From Bacteroidota bacterium (lineage in GTDB: Bacteria; Bacteroidota; Bacteroidia; 2-12-FULL-35-15): a stretch of DNA of 64,000 nucleotides. Position 1 is the stretch's first letter, and every line of letters starts with the position of its first letter. Shown here piece by piece: positions 1 through 10,055 of the stretch. The notes beneath the pieces are model-generated. The model searched no databases and was not told where the DNA came from. It saw only the letters and a list, made by a program, of their open reading frames with translations. The position numbers and the translations under genes were made by a program. The stretch spans positions 6,042 to 70,041 of the forward strand of contig SXIH01000042.1 of assembly GCA_005772895.1 (NCBI GenBank). Direction: 5' to 3'.

Positions 1-1764
1 ACTAAAACAGACGAAACTGCTAACAAAGCATTACAAGATAGCGTTCAGACATTCCTGAACGATTATAACAAAAAATATCAGGAACTAAGTGTGATTACCA
101 ATGAAACTGATTGGTCGGCTAATACACATATAGTTGAAGGTGATACTACCAATGCGGCTGCTCTTAACAAAGCTCAGGAAGAGTATGCAAAATTTACTGG
201 TAGTGCAATTAATATTGAAACTGCTACAAAATATTTGGCTCAAAAAGACAAATTGACTCCTATTCAAGTAAAGCAATTGAAAAGCATTATGTATAAAGCG
301 GCTAACAATCCGGAAACAATCCAGGATGTTGTGAAGGAGCGCATTAAAGCTGAAACAAAACAAAATGCAGACATGTTTGGTTATGATTTCAAAATTGATG
401 GGAAATCGGTTTCTACAAATGATATCGATGAAGTTTTATCACATGAAACAAACATGGCTACACGCTTGAAAGCTTGGGAGGCAAGTAAAGATGTTGGAAA
501 AGGTTTAAAAACAGGATTGGTGAACTTACGTGATTTGCGTAACAAAACTGTTCAAGGTTTAGGCTATAAAGATTATTTTGAATATCAGGTTTCTGATTAT
601 GGAATGACTACTCAGGAAATGATTGAGATGTTGCAAAAGTTCAACAGAGAATTACATCCATTGTTCAGAGAATTACACACATATGCACGTTATGAATACG
701 CAAAAAAATACGGTGTAAAAGAAGTTCCGGATTTATTGCCTGCACAATGGTTGCCAAATCGTTGGGGACAAGATTGGGGAAGCTTAGTTAATGTGAAAGG
801 AATTAATTTGGATAGCGCATTAAAAACAAAAGATGCAGAATGGATAGTAAAACAAGGCGAACGTTTTTATGTGAGTATTGGTTTTCCTGAATTACCAAAA
901 TCATTCTGGGAAAAATCTGACCTGTATCCCGCTCCGAAAGATGCAACTTACAAAAAGAATAATCACGCATCCGCATGGCACATGAATTACGACCAAGATG
1001 TGCGTTGTTTGATGAGTGCTGTTCCGAATAGTGAATGGTATGAAACATCACATCACGAATTGGGACATATATATTATTATTTATCATACAGCAATCCAGA
1101 AGTTCCGAACTTATTGCGTGAAGGCGCAAACCGTGCTTACCACGAAGCATTGGGAAGTTTGATGGGAATGGCTGCTATGCAAAAACCATTTATGGAAAAC
1201 TTAAATCTGATTCCAAAAAATTCTAAATCAGATGAAATGCAAACGCTTTTGAAAGAAGCATTGAACTATGTTGTATTTATTCCATTCAGCACAGGAACAA
1301 TGAGTATGTTTGAACACGACATTTATGCAACAAATTTACCTGCTGATCAATTTAACAAACGTTGGTGGGAATTAGCAGCAAAATATCAAGGAATCGCACC
1401 TCCAACAAATCGTGGAGAAGAGTTTTGTGATGCGGCTACAAAAACACATATCAATAACGATGCTGCTCAGTATTATGATTATGCATTGTCGTACGTTTTA
1501 TTATTTCAAGTTCACGACCATATTTCGAAAAATATTTTAAAACAAGACCCACATGCAACAAACTATTTTGGAAACAAAGAAGTTGGGAAATTTATTGGAG
1601 AGATGATGAAACCGGGAGCAAGTGCCGATTGGAGACAATTACTAAAAGATAAAACCGGAAGTGAGTTAAGCGCAAAAGCAATGTTAGATTATTTTGCTCC
1701 TCTGATGGATTATTTGAAAGAACAAAACAAAGGAAGAAAATATACTTTGCCGGAATTGAACTAA
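1..1764 (+). CDS. M2 family (ACE-like) peptidyl-dipeptidase, 5' end outside window
   Basis: HHELGH zincin motif, EGANRAYHEALG third-ligand motif, WLPNRWGQDW and HASAW are typical of M2/ACE. Frame is open from base 1, so the true start is upstream. Confidence 0.92.
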   Translation, partial: TKTDETANKALQDSVQTFLNDYNKKYQELSVITNETDWSANTHIVEGDTTNAAALNKAQEEYAKFTGSAINIETATKYLAQKDKLTPIQVKQLKSIMYKAANNPETIQDVVKERIKAETKQNADMFGYDFKIDGKSVSTNDIDEVLSHETNMATRLKAWEASKDVGKGLKTGLVNLRDLRNKTVQGLGYKDYFEYQVSDYGMTTQEMIEMLQKFNRELHPLFRELHTYARYEYAKKYGVKEVPDLLPAQWLPNRWGQDWGSLVNVKGINLDSALKTKDAEWIVKQGERFYVSIGFPELPKSFWEKSDLYPAPKDATYKKNNHASAWHMNYDQDVRCLMSAVPNSEWYETSHHELGHIYYYLSYSNPEVPNLLREGANRAYHEALGSLMGMAAMQKPFMENLNLIPKNSKSDEMQTLLKEALNYVVFIPFSTGTMSMFEHDIYATNLPADQFNKRWWELAAKYQGIAPPTNRGEEFCDAATKTHINNDAAQYYDYALSYVLLFQVHDHISKNILKQDPHATNYFGNKEVGKFIGEMMKPGASADWRQLLKDKTGSELSAKAMLDYFAPLMDYLKEQNKGRKYTLPELN

Positions 1765-1781
1765 TTCCAAGTTTCAAATTT

Positions 1782-1811
1782 AAGTCTCGCTAAACAGCGG
1801 GACTTTTTTTA
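1782..1811 (+). terminator. Rho-independent terminator
   Basis: aagtctcgc-taaaca-gcgggactt followed by a T run, just after the stop. Confidence 0.8.
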
Positions 1812-1821
1812 TTTTTACAAA

Positions 1822-2331
1822 ATGGATTTCGTATCACAACTTTTACAAGAACATTCCCGGGCAAACACCAATCGTATAGCAAAAGCAATTGGTAATAATC
1901 CTACTGAATTTTCAAAAATAATTGACATTCTTTATCATGCTGAACCTCCTTTGCCACAACGTGCTGCATGGTTATTGTCTATAGTAAATAAAAAACACCC
2001 CGAATTACTAAAGCCATATCTTTCAAAATTCATCAACGACATTCAAAAGTTTGAATTGGATGCTGTCAGACGAAACATGACTGTAGTTTTAGCGAGTAAC
2101 GAAATTCCTAAAAAACTGCAAGCAAAATTGATTGATGTATGTTATAATTTAATTCTTTCACCTACAGAAAAAGTTGCAATGAAAGTTCATGCCATTCAAT
2201 GCATCGCAAATATTGCAAAAGAACATCGAGAATTAATTCCGGAATTAAAGTCGGCTATAGAAAATCAACTGCCTAAAACAACAGCTGCTTTTCATGCACG
2301 AGCAAGAATGATTTTGAAAAAGTTGAAATGA
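1822..2331 (+). CDS. Hypothetical HEAT/ARM-like helical protein
   Basis: 169 aa of amphipathic helices with an RAAW motif, resembling conserved Bacteroidota hypotheticals. Confidence 0.6.
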   Translation: MDFVSQLLQEHSRANTNRIAKAIGNNPTEFSKIIDILYHAEPPLPQRAAWLLSIVNKKHPELLKPYLSKFINDIQKFELDAVRRNMTVVLASNEIPKKLQAKLIDVCYNLILSPTEKVAMKVHAIQCIANIAKEHRELIPELKSAIENQLPKTTAAFHARARMILKKLK

Positions 2332-3342
2332 CTATAATTTTCTTCTCCAATAAGAAACAAAGAAAATCAGCAAACCCACCAAGCCCATAGCAAACGTAAA
2401 AAATGTTTGTCCGGCATGAATCAACGTTGATAAATCTTTTCCCCAGGTTTCTGATAAACCATACAATACAACAACTCCTGTTACTAAAAAATGATATGCT
2501 CCCATTCCACCACCTTGGATTGGAACTGAGCGGCCAATTGTACCAATTGCCAAAATAGCCAAACAAGCTCCCCATGTAAGAGCACTGGTTTCTTCAAAAA
2601 CGAAAAACCAGAAGTAGGTCATTAAATAATAGCAAACCCAAATCAAAATAGTGTAAAGGATAAAAAGTTTTTTCTGCTTCAACTTTCCAACGCTTGTAAT
2701 TCCTTCTTTGAGTCCTTCCAAAAACTTTAAAATCAATTTTGGTGAACGTTCACGGATATATTTTCTAAAATAAAAGAACAGTGCAATACTGACAACCATC
2801 ACAGAACAAGCAATTATTAATACAGTCATGTTTCCTGCAACAATTTTCAAAATTATTTTCTCATAAATAGGATGAAACACATTTGTCTTTACAAATTCCA
2901 TGATTTGGTCAAACTGCAAAACAAGAGTTAAGCATAAAAGAATAATCAAACTGATTATATCTATGATCCGTTCTATGATTACAGTCCCAAGTAATTGCAT
3001 AAAAGGAATATCGTGTTGTTTCTTAACCGACAAACAACGTGTCACTTCACCCAGACGTGGAACAACAAAACTCACAAAGTAGCTTATTGATAAAGCAGAA
3101 AATGCATTTAGAAATTTAGTTTCATGTCCGATAGAACGAATTAACATTTGCCAACGTAATGTTCGAATCACATAAACCATTATGGAAACAAACATCACTA
3201 CATAAAACCAAGAAAAATTACCGGTAGCGATTTTTGTTTTCAATTCATCGAAGTCAAGCGTATTGAAAAAAAGGACGCAAAGGTAAATACCAATTGCAAG
3301 AAGAAGAAAGTATTGAATGACTTGAAATGCTTTTGACTTCAC
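2332..3342 (-). CDS. Lysylphosphatidylglycerol synthase TM / UPF0104 flippase-like membrane protein
   Basis: RTLRWQML, VPRLGEVTR, GTVIIERIID and PIQGGGMGAYH motifs; multi-TM. Confidence 0.85.
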   Translation of the reverse strand: MKSKAFQVIQYFLLLAIGIYLCVLFFNTLDFDELKTKIATGNFSWFYVVMFVSIMVYVIRTLRWQMLIRSIGHETKFLNAFSALSISYFVSFVVPRLGEVTRCLSVKKQHDIPFMQLLGTVIIERIIDIISLIILLCLTLVLQFDQIMEFVKTNVFHPIYEKIILKIVAGNMTVLIIACSVMVVSIALFFYFRKYIRERSPKLILKFLEGLKEGITSVGKLKQKKLFILYTILIWVCYYLMTYFWFFVFEETSALTWGACLAILAIGTIGRSVPIQGGGMGAYHFLVTGVVVLYGLSETWGKDLSTLIHAGQTFFTFAMGLVGLLIFFVSYWRRKL

Positions 3343-3397
3343 AAAGTAAAATTAGGAATTATTTCTAATGATGTTATCAGAAATACATCTTAAGGAC

Positions 3398-3508
3398 CGT
3401 CATCCCGTGCCACGACACGGGATCTCATTTTCGTAAGGATTGACACTATAGATGCGATATTGCTTTGCCATTCTAACTGGGAGACCCCGTGTCGCAGCAC
3501 GGGGTGAC
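3398..3508. repeat. CGTC-tagged REPIN (inverted REP dimer), subfamily A
   Basis: cgtcatcccgtgccacgacacgggatctc (3398-3426) and inverted gagaccccgtgtcgcagcacggggtgac (3481-3508). Confidence 0.85.
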
Positions 3509-3532
3509 AAATGCGAGAGAGTAATGCCTCCG

Positions 3533-4618
3533 TTATCTAATTAAAGTAAACTCCTTCTTCCCATATGACTTCCCATTCACAAAAATCTCAACAGCATGCT
3601 TGCCGGGATAATGAACGCGGGTAGTAAAATTCTTAAAACTATGCGATTTAGAAATTGAAACACTTTGCTTAGCTTTTAAATCCAAATCCTTCAACTTAAA
3701 AACTTTAGGAGCCAATTCTCCTGATTTTTTCTGATAATGAATCGCATAATCTACAACTAACTTCTGTGATTTTGTTTTCTCAGAAGTAATATCGAATGAA
3801 AAAGTGAAATTCTCACCTAATACAACTTTCAACTTTCCAACTTTGAACTTTGTAACTGAAATTTTCGGAGATTTCTCATAATCGAAGACTGCCAACGATC
3901 TTGCGTCACCTTTCTTAATAAGCGTACGACTGGCATGCTTTACAATCCAGGCAGTGTGTTCGTTTTTTCTGTCCCAGGAATTAACAACTTTCAACATCCA
4001 ATCGGTATGCAATCTGGAAAAATCGTTTAAATGATTGGCGACTGATTTTTTTACATACAACTCTTTATCCGCTTTCAACATTTCTAAAATCGGAAGTGTG
4101 TGATTGGGATTTTTCACTACTTCCTCCAAATTAAATGACCATGGCAATCTCGGGCGACAACCTTCGCTGGCTAATCTTCTTACATGATGATTTTTATCTT
4201 CTGCCCACTTTTTCATCACCGAAAGTGTTTTATCAAAATCACGTTTTAAAAATTCACGGATAGCAAATTCAGAAGAACCAAATTGTGTGAAATGTTTCAA
4301 TGCTTCCATCGATAATTTAAAATCGTGGTGACCGTATTGACCAATATAATCAGGGAACAAAAAAGAAGTGTAATGTGATTTGAATTCCGGAACTACTTTC
4401 GAAAGAATGTCTACTGATTTTTTATAATCGTCAGGTAAATGTTTCTTAAGCGTAACGGTTGTATTGCGCATCCGCTGATTCAAAGAAAGAGCATCAATTC
4501 CTTTTGTAACGTCTTTTACAAATTTATCCGAATGGAAATTTTTATCGACTTTATTAAATTCATGAGCCAATCGCTCGTAGAATTTTTTGGAAAACATGTC
4601 TTTTAATGCGTCTGCCAT
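3533..4618 (-). CDS. DNA alkylation repair glycosylase, AlkC-type (HEAT-like repeats plus C-terminal Ig-like domain)
   Basis: SSEFAIREF, HVRRLASEGCRPRLPW, YVKKSVANHLND; C-terminal LVVDYAIHY...KVFKLK...TTRVHYPGKH. Confidence 0.85.
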   Translation of the reverse strand: MADALKDMFSKKFYERLAHEFNKVDKNFHSDKFVKDVTKGIDALSLNQRMRNTTVTLKKHLPDDYKKSVDILSKVVPEFKSHYTSFLFPDYIGQYGHHDFKLSMEALKHFTQFGSSEFAIREFLKRDFDKTLSVMKKWAEDKNHHVRRLASEGCRPRLPWSFNLEEVVKNPNHTLPILEMLKADKELYVKKSVANHLNDFSRLHTDWMLKVVNSWDRKNEHTAWIVKHASRTLIKKGDARSLAVFDYEKSPKISVTKFKVGKLKVVLGENFTFSFDITSEKTKSQKLVVDYAIHYQKKSGELAPKVFKLKDLDLKAKQSVSISKSHSFKNFTTRVHYPGKHAVEIFVNGKSYGKKEFTLIR

Positions 4619-4684
4619 TTTTCTTTACAATTATGCTTACAAATATAAGATTGATTTTGATTACGGAGCATCTCTCTTACGAAG

Positions 4685-4770
4685 CGTCATCCCGTGCCAC
4701 GACACGGGATCTCATGAATGATAACAGTATGTTCTAATTGGCAGACCCCGTGTCGGAGCACGGGGTGACG
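4685..4770. repeat. CGTC-tagged REPIN, subfamily A
   Basis: Left arm 4685-4713 is identical to 3398-3426; right arm agaccccgtgtcggagcacggggtgacg. Confidence 0.85.
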
Positions 4771-4794
4771 ATGGCGATGGAGGCCTTCCTCCCT

Positions 4795-6063
4795 TTAAGC
4801 GTTATACAACTCCATCACCGTAATCTCCGGCATAATCCCTACTCTACCAGGATAACCTAAAAATCCTAATCCACGGTTCACGTATAAATGTTGTTTTTCT
4901 TTTGAGTATAAGCCTGCCCATTGTTTATAGACAAACTGTGAAGGACTCCATTTTATTAATCCCGGGATTTCAATTCCGAATTGGAAACCGTGTGTATGTC
5001 CGCTGAAAGTAATATCTACATCTTTGAACTCTTCTGTAACTTGCATGTTCCAATGCGATGGATCGTGTGACAATAAAAGTTTCACAGGATATTTTTCTGT
5101 TCCTGCATGCGCTTTTTTCATATCTCCATACTTAGGAAAATTCAAATTACCTCCCCAGTTTTCAATTCCTATCAATGCAATTTCTGATTCTTCTCTTTTT
5201 AATGCAACATGTTCGTTCATTAATAATTTCCAGCCTAATGCTGCATGTGTATTTTTTAAATCTTCTAAGTTTTGTGATTTTGCTGCCTGACTTTCCCAAG
5301 TAATGTAATCTCCATAATCGTGATTACCTAATGTGCTGTACACTCCCATTGGTGCCTGTACTTTTTTCAATACATCAAAAAATGGTAATACTTCTTTTGA
5401 TTCGTTGTTTACTAAATCTCCTGTAAAGAAAATAACATCCGCATTTTGTTCCATTACAATTTTAACAGCAGCTTCGAGTGGTGATGTAGAAACAAAACTT
5501 CCGGAATGAATATCAGAAATCTGAACAATTTTTAATCCATTGAATTCCGAAGGTAAATTTGGCAATACTACTTTTACTTTATGTACTTTATAATCGAAAG
5601 CGCCTTTCACCATTCCATAAATAAAACTTGCAAAAGGTAGAGCTGTCATTCCAACGGCAACAATATTTAAAAACCGTAAACGAGAAATGGAATGGGGATT
5701 TACAGCTAATTCATTGGAAACAATTTCCGGTGGTTTTGTAAAATAGCTTGCAATCCATCTGAACAACCGGATAATATCATCAATCAATATAAATGTAGTT
5801 CCTATCAACTTTGAAATGATAACCATAATAACAAAGGAGAAAACGTATATTCTGATAAATTTGGGCAAATCATTAAATGTAAAAAGAGCCGGCATCGCAA
5901 AAATTACAAAGGAAAAAATGGTGAATCCCCAATATGAAAAAAAAGCCAGGTTCTTTTTAAAGCCGGAACTGTTTGCTAATACGGTCTTAATCGACTGATA
6001 GAAATACAAATCAAACAGAAATAATAAAACGCCAATAATCAGAATTCGTAAACCGGTTGCCAT
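4795..6063 (-). CDS. Membrane-anchored metallophosphoesterase (YkuE/YaeI-like)
   Basis: SDIH, TGDLVN, GNHDY, SHDP and SGHTHG calcineurin-like motifs after N-terminal TM helices. Confidence 0.9.
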   Translation of the reverse strand: MATGLRILIIGVLLFLFDLYFYQSIKTVLANSSGFKKNLAFFSYWGFTIFSFVIFAMPALFTFNDLPKFIRIYVFSFVIMVIISKLIGTTFILIDDIIRLFRWIASYFTKPPEIVSNELAVNPHSISRLRFLNIVAVGMTALPFASFIYGMVKGAFDYKVHKVKVVLPNLPSEFNGLKIVQISDIHSGSFVSTSPLEAAVKIVMEQNADVIFFTGDLVNNESKEVLPFFDVLKKVQAPMGVYSTLGNHDYGDYITWESQAAKSQNLEDLKNTHAALGWKLLMNEHVALKREESEIALIGIENWGGNLNFPKYGDMKKAHAGTEKYPVKLLLSHDPSHWNMQVTEEFKDVDITFSGHTHGFQFGIEIPGLIKWSPSQFVYKQWAGLYSKEKQHLYVNRGLGFLGYPGRVGIMPEITVMELYNA

Positions 6064-6088
6064 TCATTTAATAATTAGGACACAAAAC

Positions 6089-6122
6089 TATGGAAACATT
6101 TTTCGATTTCAAAGTTTCCATA
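6089..6122. promoter_or_regulatory. Inverted repeat between divergent promoters (possible operator)
   Basis: TATGGAAAC-N16-GTTTCCATA, with TAGTTTTG (-) at 6083-6090 and TATATTTG (+) at 6137-6144. Confidence 0.4.
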
Positions 6123-6205
6123 ACAAAAATTAACATTATATTTGTACTCTAACTAAAAAGACGATTGAAAGTAATAATTACTTTAAAGTGATTCTTTCTT
6201 TATTG

Positions 6206-6230
6206 CGTCACCCTGAGCGTAGTCGAAGGG
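6206..6230 (+). repeat. CGTC-tagged REP singleton, subfamily C
   Basis: cgtcaccctgagcgtagtcgaaggg; near-identical copy at 23228-23252. Confidence 0.75.
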
Positions 6231-6252
6231 CATCAATTGAGAAAACATTTAT

Positions 6253-7482
6253 ATGAAACAAGAACAAGCAGAAAAAGTATCGTTTACTCCTTATCAAAAA
6301 TTTGTAATCACAATTTTAGCGCTGACACAATTCACTGTTGTGCTTGATTTCATGGTTATGTCGCCTTTAGGTGATATGCTTATGAAACAGATGAACCTTA
6401 CAACAACACAGTTTGGAATTTCGGTTGCAGCCTATGCTGTTAGTGCAGGAATTTCAGGTTTGTTGACAGCAGGTTTTGCCGACAGATACGACAGAAAAAA
6501 ATTACTCTTGTTTTTTTACATAGGTTTTATTTTAGGAACATTGTTTTGTGGCTTATCCACCAATTACCAAATGTTATTGGCTGCACGCATTATCACTGGA
6601 ATATTTGGTGGCGTAATTGGTTCTATCTCTATGGCAATTGTAGCCGATCTTTTTCCTATTCAGCAACGCGGACGAGTTATGGGATTCATGCAAATGGGAT
6701 TTGGTGCAAGTCAGGTATTGGGAATTCCAATCAGCTTATACCTTTCTAATGAATGGGGATGGCAAAGTCCGTTTTTAATGATTGTTGGAATGGCAAGTAT
6801 TATTTTGGCAGCATTGGTTGTAAAAATGCAACCTATTACCGACCATTTAGATAATAAAACTGAGAACAATGCTTTTACACATCTTTTAAATACCATTAAA
6901 AACAGAAATTACAGAATTGGATTTTTAACCACTGCTCTACTTTCATTAGGCGGATTTATGATGATGCCTTGGGGAAGCGCCTTTGCGATAAACAATTTAA
7001 AAATTACCAACGAACAACTTCCAATTTTATTTATGGTGGCAGGTGTGGCAACATTAATTATTATGCCGGTAATTGGTAAGTTGAGTGACAGTATGAGTAA
7101 GTTCAACATTTTTACATTTGCATCCATCTGGTTAATGATTGTAGTTGTAATTTATACCAATATGACTGAATCACCACTTTGGCTGGTGATGATTTTAAAT
7201 GTTTCCATGATGATTGGAATTATGGGAAGAATGGTTCCATCCATGGCACTGGTTTCTGCATTACCAGAAATGCACGACCGTGGAGCATTTATGAGTATCA
7301 ATTCATCTCTGCAACAAATTGCCGGAGGAATTGCATCAGCCATTGGAGGAATGATAGTTGTTCAAAAAACAAAATTAAGTCCGCTTGAGCATTACGATAT
7401 TTTAGGATATGTTGTTGTATTTTTCGCTATTGCATGTGTGTTTATGTTGTGGAGAGTGAGTAAGGTGGTGAAGGTGAAATAA
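6253..7482 (+). CDS. MFS transporter (DHA1/YfcJ-like)
   Basis: About 12 TM segments; motif A (GFADRYDRKK), ARIITGIFGG, QRGRVMG. Confidence 0.9.
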   Translation: MKQEQAEKVSFTPYQKFVITILALTQFTVVLDFMVMSPLGDMLMKQMNLTTTQFGISVAAYAVSAGISGLLTAGFADRYDRKKLLLFFYIGFILGTLFCGLSTNYQMLLAARIITGIFGGVIGSISMAIVADLFPIQQRGRVMGFMQMGFGASQVLGIPISLYLSNEWGWQSPFLMIVGMASIILAALVVKMQPITDHLDNKTENNAFTHLLNTIKNRNYRIGFLTTALLSLGGFMMMPWGSAFAINNLKITNEQLPILFMVAGVATLIIMPVIGKLSDSMSKFNIFTFASIWLMIVVVIYTNMTESPLWLVMILNVSMMIGIMGRMVPSMALVSALPEMHDRGAFMSINSSLQQIAGGIASAIGGMIVVQKTKLSPLEHYDILGYVVVFFAIACVFMLWRVSKVVKVK

Positions 7483-7513
7483 GTTTGGTATATTTGGTAG
7501 AGACTAAACAACT

Positions 7514-8923
7514 ATGAGAAAACTAATCTTCATCGCTATTCTATTTATAACGAATTTTTCATTTGCTCAAAATGAGGGAAACATTTGGTATTTTGGAACT
7601 AATGCGGGAATAGATTTTAATGGTGCCGTACCTGTTGCTCTCAATGATGGGCAAACAGCTGTCATTGAAGGGACAGCTAGTATAGCCGATCCATCTAGTG
7701 GCAAAGTACTTTTTTATACAGATGGTGGAAATGTTTGGGATTCAACTCATAATATAATGCCTAATGGAACTGGCTTAATGGGTACTGGTACAACTACTCA
7801 GGCAGCATTAATAGTCCGTCATCCATGCAGCAAAAGAAAGTATTACATATTTACCATTGAAGCCGAAACGGGATCAAATGGTTTAAGATATTCAACAGTT
7901 GACATGTGTCTTAACAGCGGAAAAGGTGATATCGTTGTAAAAAATTTTCCACTTTATTCTTTTCCAATGGCTGAAAAACTAACTGTTGCCAAACATTCAA
8001 ATGGAATTGATGTTTGGGTCCTTGCACATGAGTTTGGGAGTAATAAATTTTTGGCATACCCTATTACTTGTAGCGGTATTGGTGCGCCAACTGTCTCTAA
8101 TGTAGGATTGCCTTATTCATTTGATGGAGATGAATATGGTCAAATGAAAATATCTCCTAATGGAACAATTATAGGTTCCACAATATACTACACAACAAGT
8201 AAAGTTGAGATATATGATTTTGATAATTCAACAGGCAGCATATCAAGTACATTAGTAATATATAATATTGATAATCCATGGGGACTTGAATTTTCACCTG
8301 ATAATACTAAACTTTATGTTTCACAATATGCTACATTGCCAAGCGCAATCTTTCAATTTGATTTAACAGCAGGTTCTGATACAGCAATTAATAATTCAAA
8401 GACATTAATTTACGATCTTAGTCCATATGCAATAAGATCATTCCAGCTAGACCCCTATAAACAAAAAATATATGCAGCTTCTTCAAGCAGTAACTATTTA
8501 GGAGTCATAAACAGCCCTAATTCCTTAGGAATTTCTTGCAATTATATTAATAATGGATTTCAGGTCGCACCAGGCACATCTGTCTGGGTTGGTTTACCTA
8601 ATACTGTGTTAACCTTTGCCCCAGATAGTAGTGTAATAGATTGTGATTCTATAAGTGGAATTAATTCCTTTGAAAATTATTTCAATTTCAAACTTTATCC
8701 AAATCCGACTGCTCATTTTTCGATATTAGAATTCACAAATCCAACAAGACAGAACTGCACTTTGACACTTTATGACCTTAATGGACAACTTGTAAAAACA
8801 ATAAATAATATCACAGAAGAAAAAGTTAAAATAGAAAGACATAATCTCTCAAATGGATTTTATTTTTTTCAACTGCTAACCGACAAACAAATTATTGCTT
8901 CTGGTAAGTTGATAATAGAATAG
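7514..8923 (+). CDS. T9SS type A CTD cargo with beta-propeller domain
   Basis: Signal peptide ending A-Q; NIWYFG..AGIDF start; propeller blades (SPNG, FSPDNTKLYV); C-terminal LYPNPT...GKLIIE. Confidence 0.85.
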   Translation: MRKLIFIAILFITNFSFAQNEGNIWYFGTNAGIDFNGAVPVALNDGQTAVIEGTASIADPSSGKVLFYTDGGNVWDSTHNIMPNGTGLMGTGTTTQAALIVRHPCSKRKYYIFTIEAETGSNGLRYSTVDMCLNSGKGDIVVKNFPLYSFPMAEKLTVAKHSNGIDVWVLAHEFGSNKFLAYPITCSGIGAPTVSNVGLPYSFDGDEYGQMKISPNGTIIGSTIYYTTSKVEIYDFDNSTGSISSTLVIYNIDNPWGLEFSPDNTKLYVSQYATLPSAIFQFDLTAGSDTAINNSKTLIYDLSPYAIRSFQLDPYKQKIYAASSSSNYLGVINSPNSLGISCNYINNGFQVAPGTSVWVGLPNTVLTFAPDSSVIDCDSISGINSFENYFNFKLYPNPTAHFSILEFTNPTRQNCTLTLYDLNGQLVKTINNITEEKVKIERHNLSNGFYFFQLLTDKQIIASGKLIIE

Positions 8924-8949
8924 TTAGAAAAGCAAACGGGCACAAGACG

Positions 8950-9930
8950 TCAAAACCCCAACAAACTACCCTTCACACCTTTTTCAGAAAATTCAAGAGC
9001 TGGTGCTGGAATTTTCAAATAGCCAATAGAATAGAAAATTGTTTTTAAAAATTTAGATGTTGTTTTTATTCTTGTTAAGTCTACATCAAAGGACAAATAA
9101 TATTGTCGGTAGCGTTCATGATAAATTTGAAAACCTTCTTCATCAGTGTATGGCGGGTTAAAGTTTCCACCGGTCATACCATCCGCTCCGTAACCAACAG
9201 CAATGTTTAACCATTTTGGAAATCGTGTTTCATGACTCATAAACGAAGCTGGATTTACAGAAAGCCAATATGTTTGTCCGTTATAATCCTTTAGAATATT
9301 CTCCTGTAAATTTTTCCCTAACACATCCGGACGGAATTTTGAATATTCACTTTGCATAAAAGAAAATTTCAAAACAATGCGTTGTTCGTTCCATGCAAGT
9401 TCTTGTCCGATACAAAGCAGAGAGCCGGCAGTATTTGCAGCAAAATCACCCCATGAAAATCCCCATTCGGAAGAATAACCATCCAATACTTCTATTGTGC
9501 TTTGGTAAACAGAACCTAACATTCCGCCATACCAAATTGCTTTTTTGCGTTTTATTCCACTCCATTTATAAAGTTGTGTTCCAACTCGTCCAATGTAATA
9601 AGATGTTGTAAGGTGTCCGACTTTATCGACTTGCAACCATTCTGCATTATCATCAAAAGAATGCATGGATGAGCGGGGATAATCTTTGTACCACAATTCA
9701 TTTAAACCTATTAAAGAACCAGCGTATAATCCAGCTTCTGTTGCGGCAACAAGGGCGAAACGTTTTTTTGAAAATGAGGTTGCTGAACACACAAGTGTAA
9801 TGGGAATAGGCTTAACATGAGAAGTATCAATAAGTGCTTGTTTGATGAGAATAGAATCGTTTTGCGCCTTTGAATGAACAAAGGCAAAACAAAGAGCAGA
9901 CAACAAAAAATATTTGAAAGTAAAACGCAC
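8950..9930 (-). CDS. DUF2279/YfiM-family protein
   Basis: QVDKVGH, IEVLDGYSSEWGFSWGDFAAN, KDYNGQTYWLS. Confidence 0.75.
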   Translation of the reverse strand: MRFTFKYFLLSALCFAFVHSKAQNDSILIKQALIDTSHVKPIPITLVCSATSFSKKRFALVAATEAGLYAGSLIGLNELWYKDYPRSSMHSFDDNAEWLQVDKVGHLTTSYYIGRVGTQLYKWSGIKRKKAIWYGGMLGSVYQSTIEVLDGYSSEWGFSWGDFAANTAGSLLCIGQELAWNEQRIVLKFSFMQSEYSKFRPDVLGKNLQENILKDYNGQTYWLSVNPASFMSHETRFPKWLNIAVGYGADGMTGGNFNPPYTDEEGFQIYHERYRQYYLSFDVDLTRIKTTSKFLKTIFYSIGYLKIPAPALEFSEKGVKGSLLGF

Positions 9931-9961
9931 GATTAAAGATAAGGAGAATTTTCTTTCAGAA

Positions 9962-10041
9962 CGTCATTGCGAGGGCTTTGCCCGAAGCAATCTCATCCTA
10001 AATATTGCGAGTGAGATTGCTTCACTTCGCTCGCAATGACG
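9962..10041. repeat. CGTC-tagged REPIN, subfamily B
   Basis: cgtcattgcgagggctttgcccgaagcaatctc ... gagattgcttcacttcgctcgcaatgacg. Confidence 0.85.
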
Positions 10042-10055
10042 CTCCGCGAGCTAAC

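Noticed and set aside
1-1764. ACE-like peptidase as a eukaryote-derived novelty
   Set aside because: Bacterial M2 peptidases are established and widespread
3398-3508. REP dimers as a mini-CRISPR, tRNA or IS ends
   Set aside because: Arms are inverted, dispersed and hairpin-forming; no cloverleaf, transposase or clear target duplication
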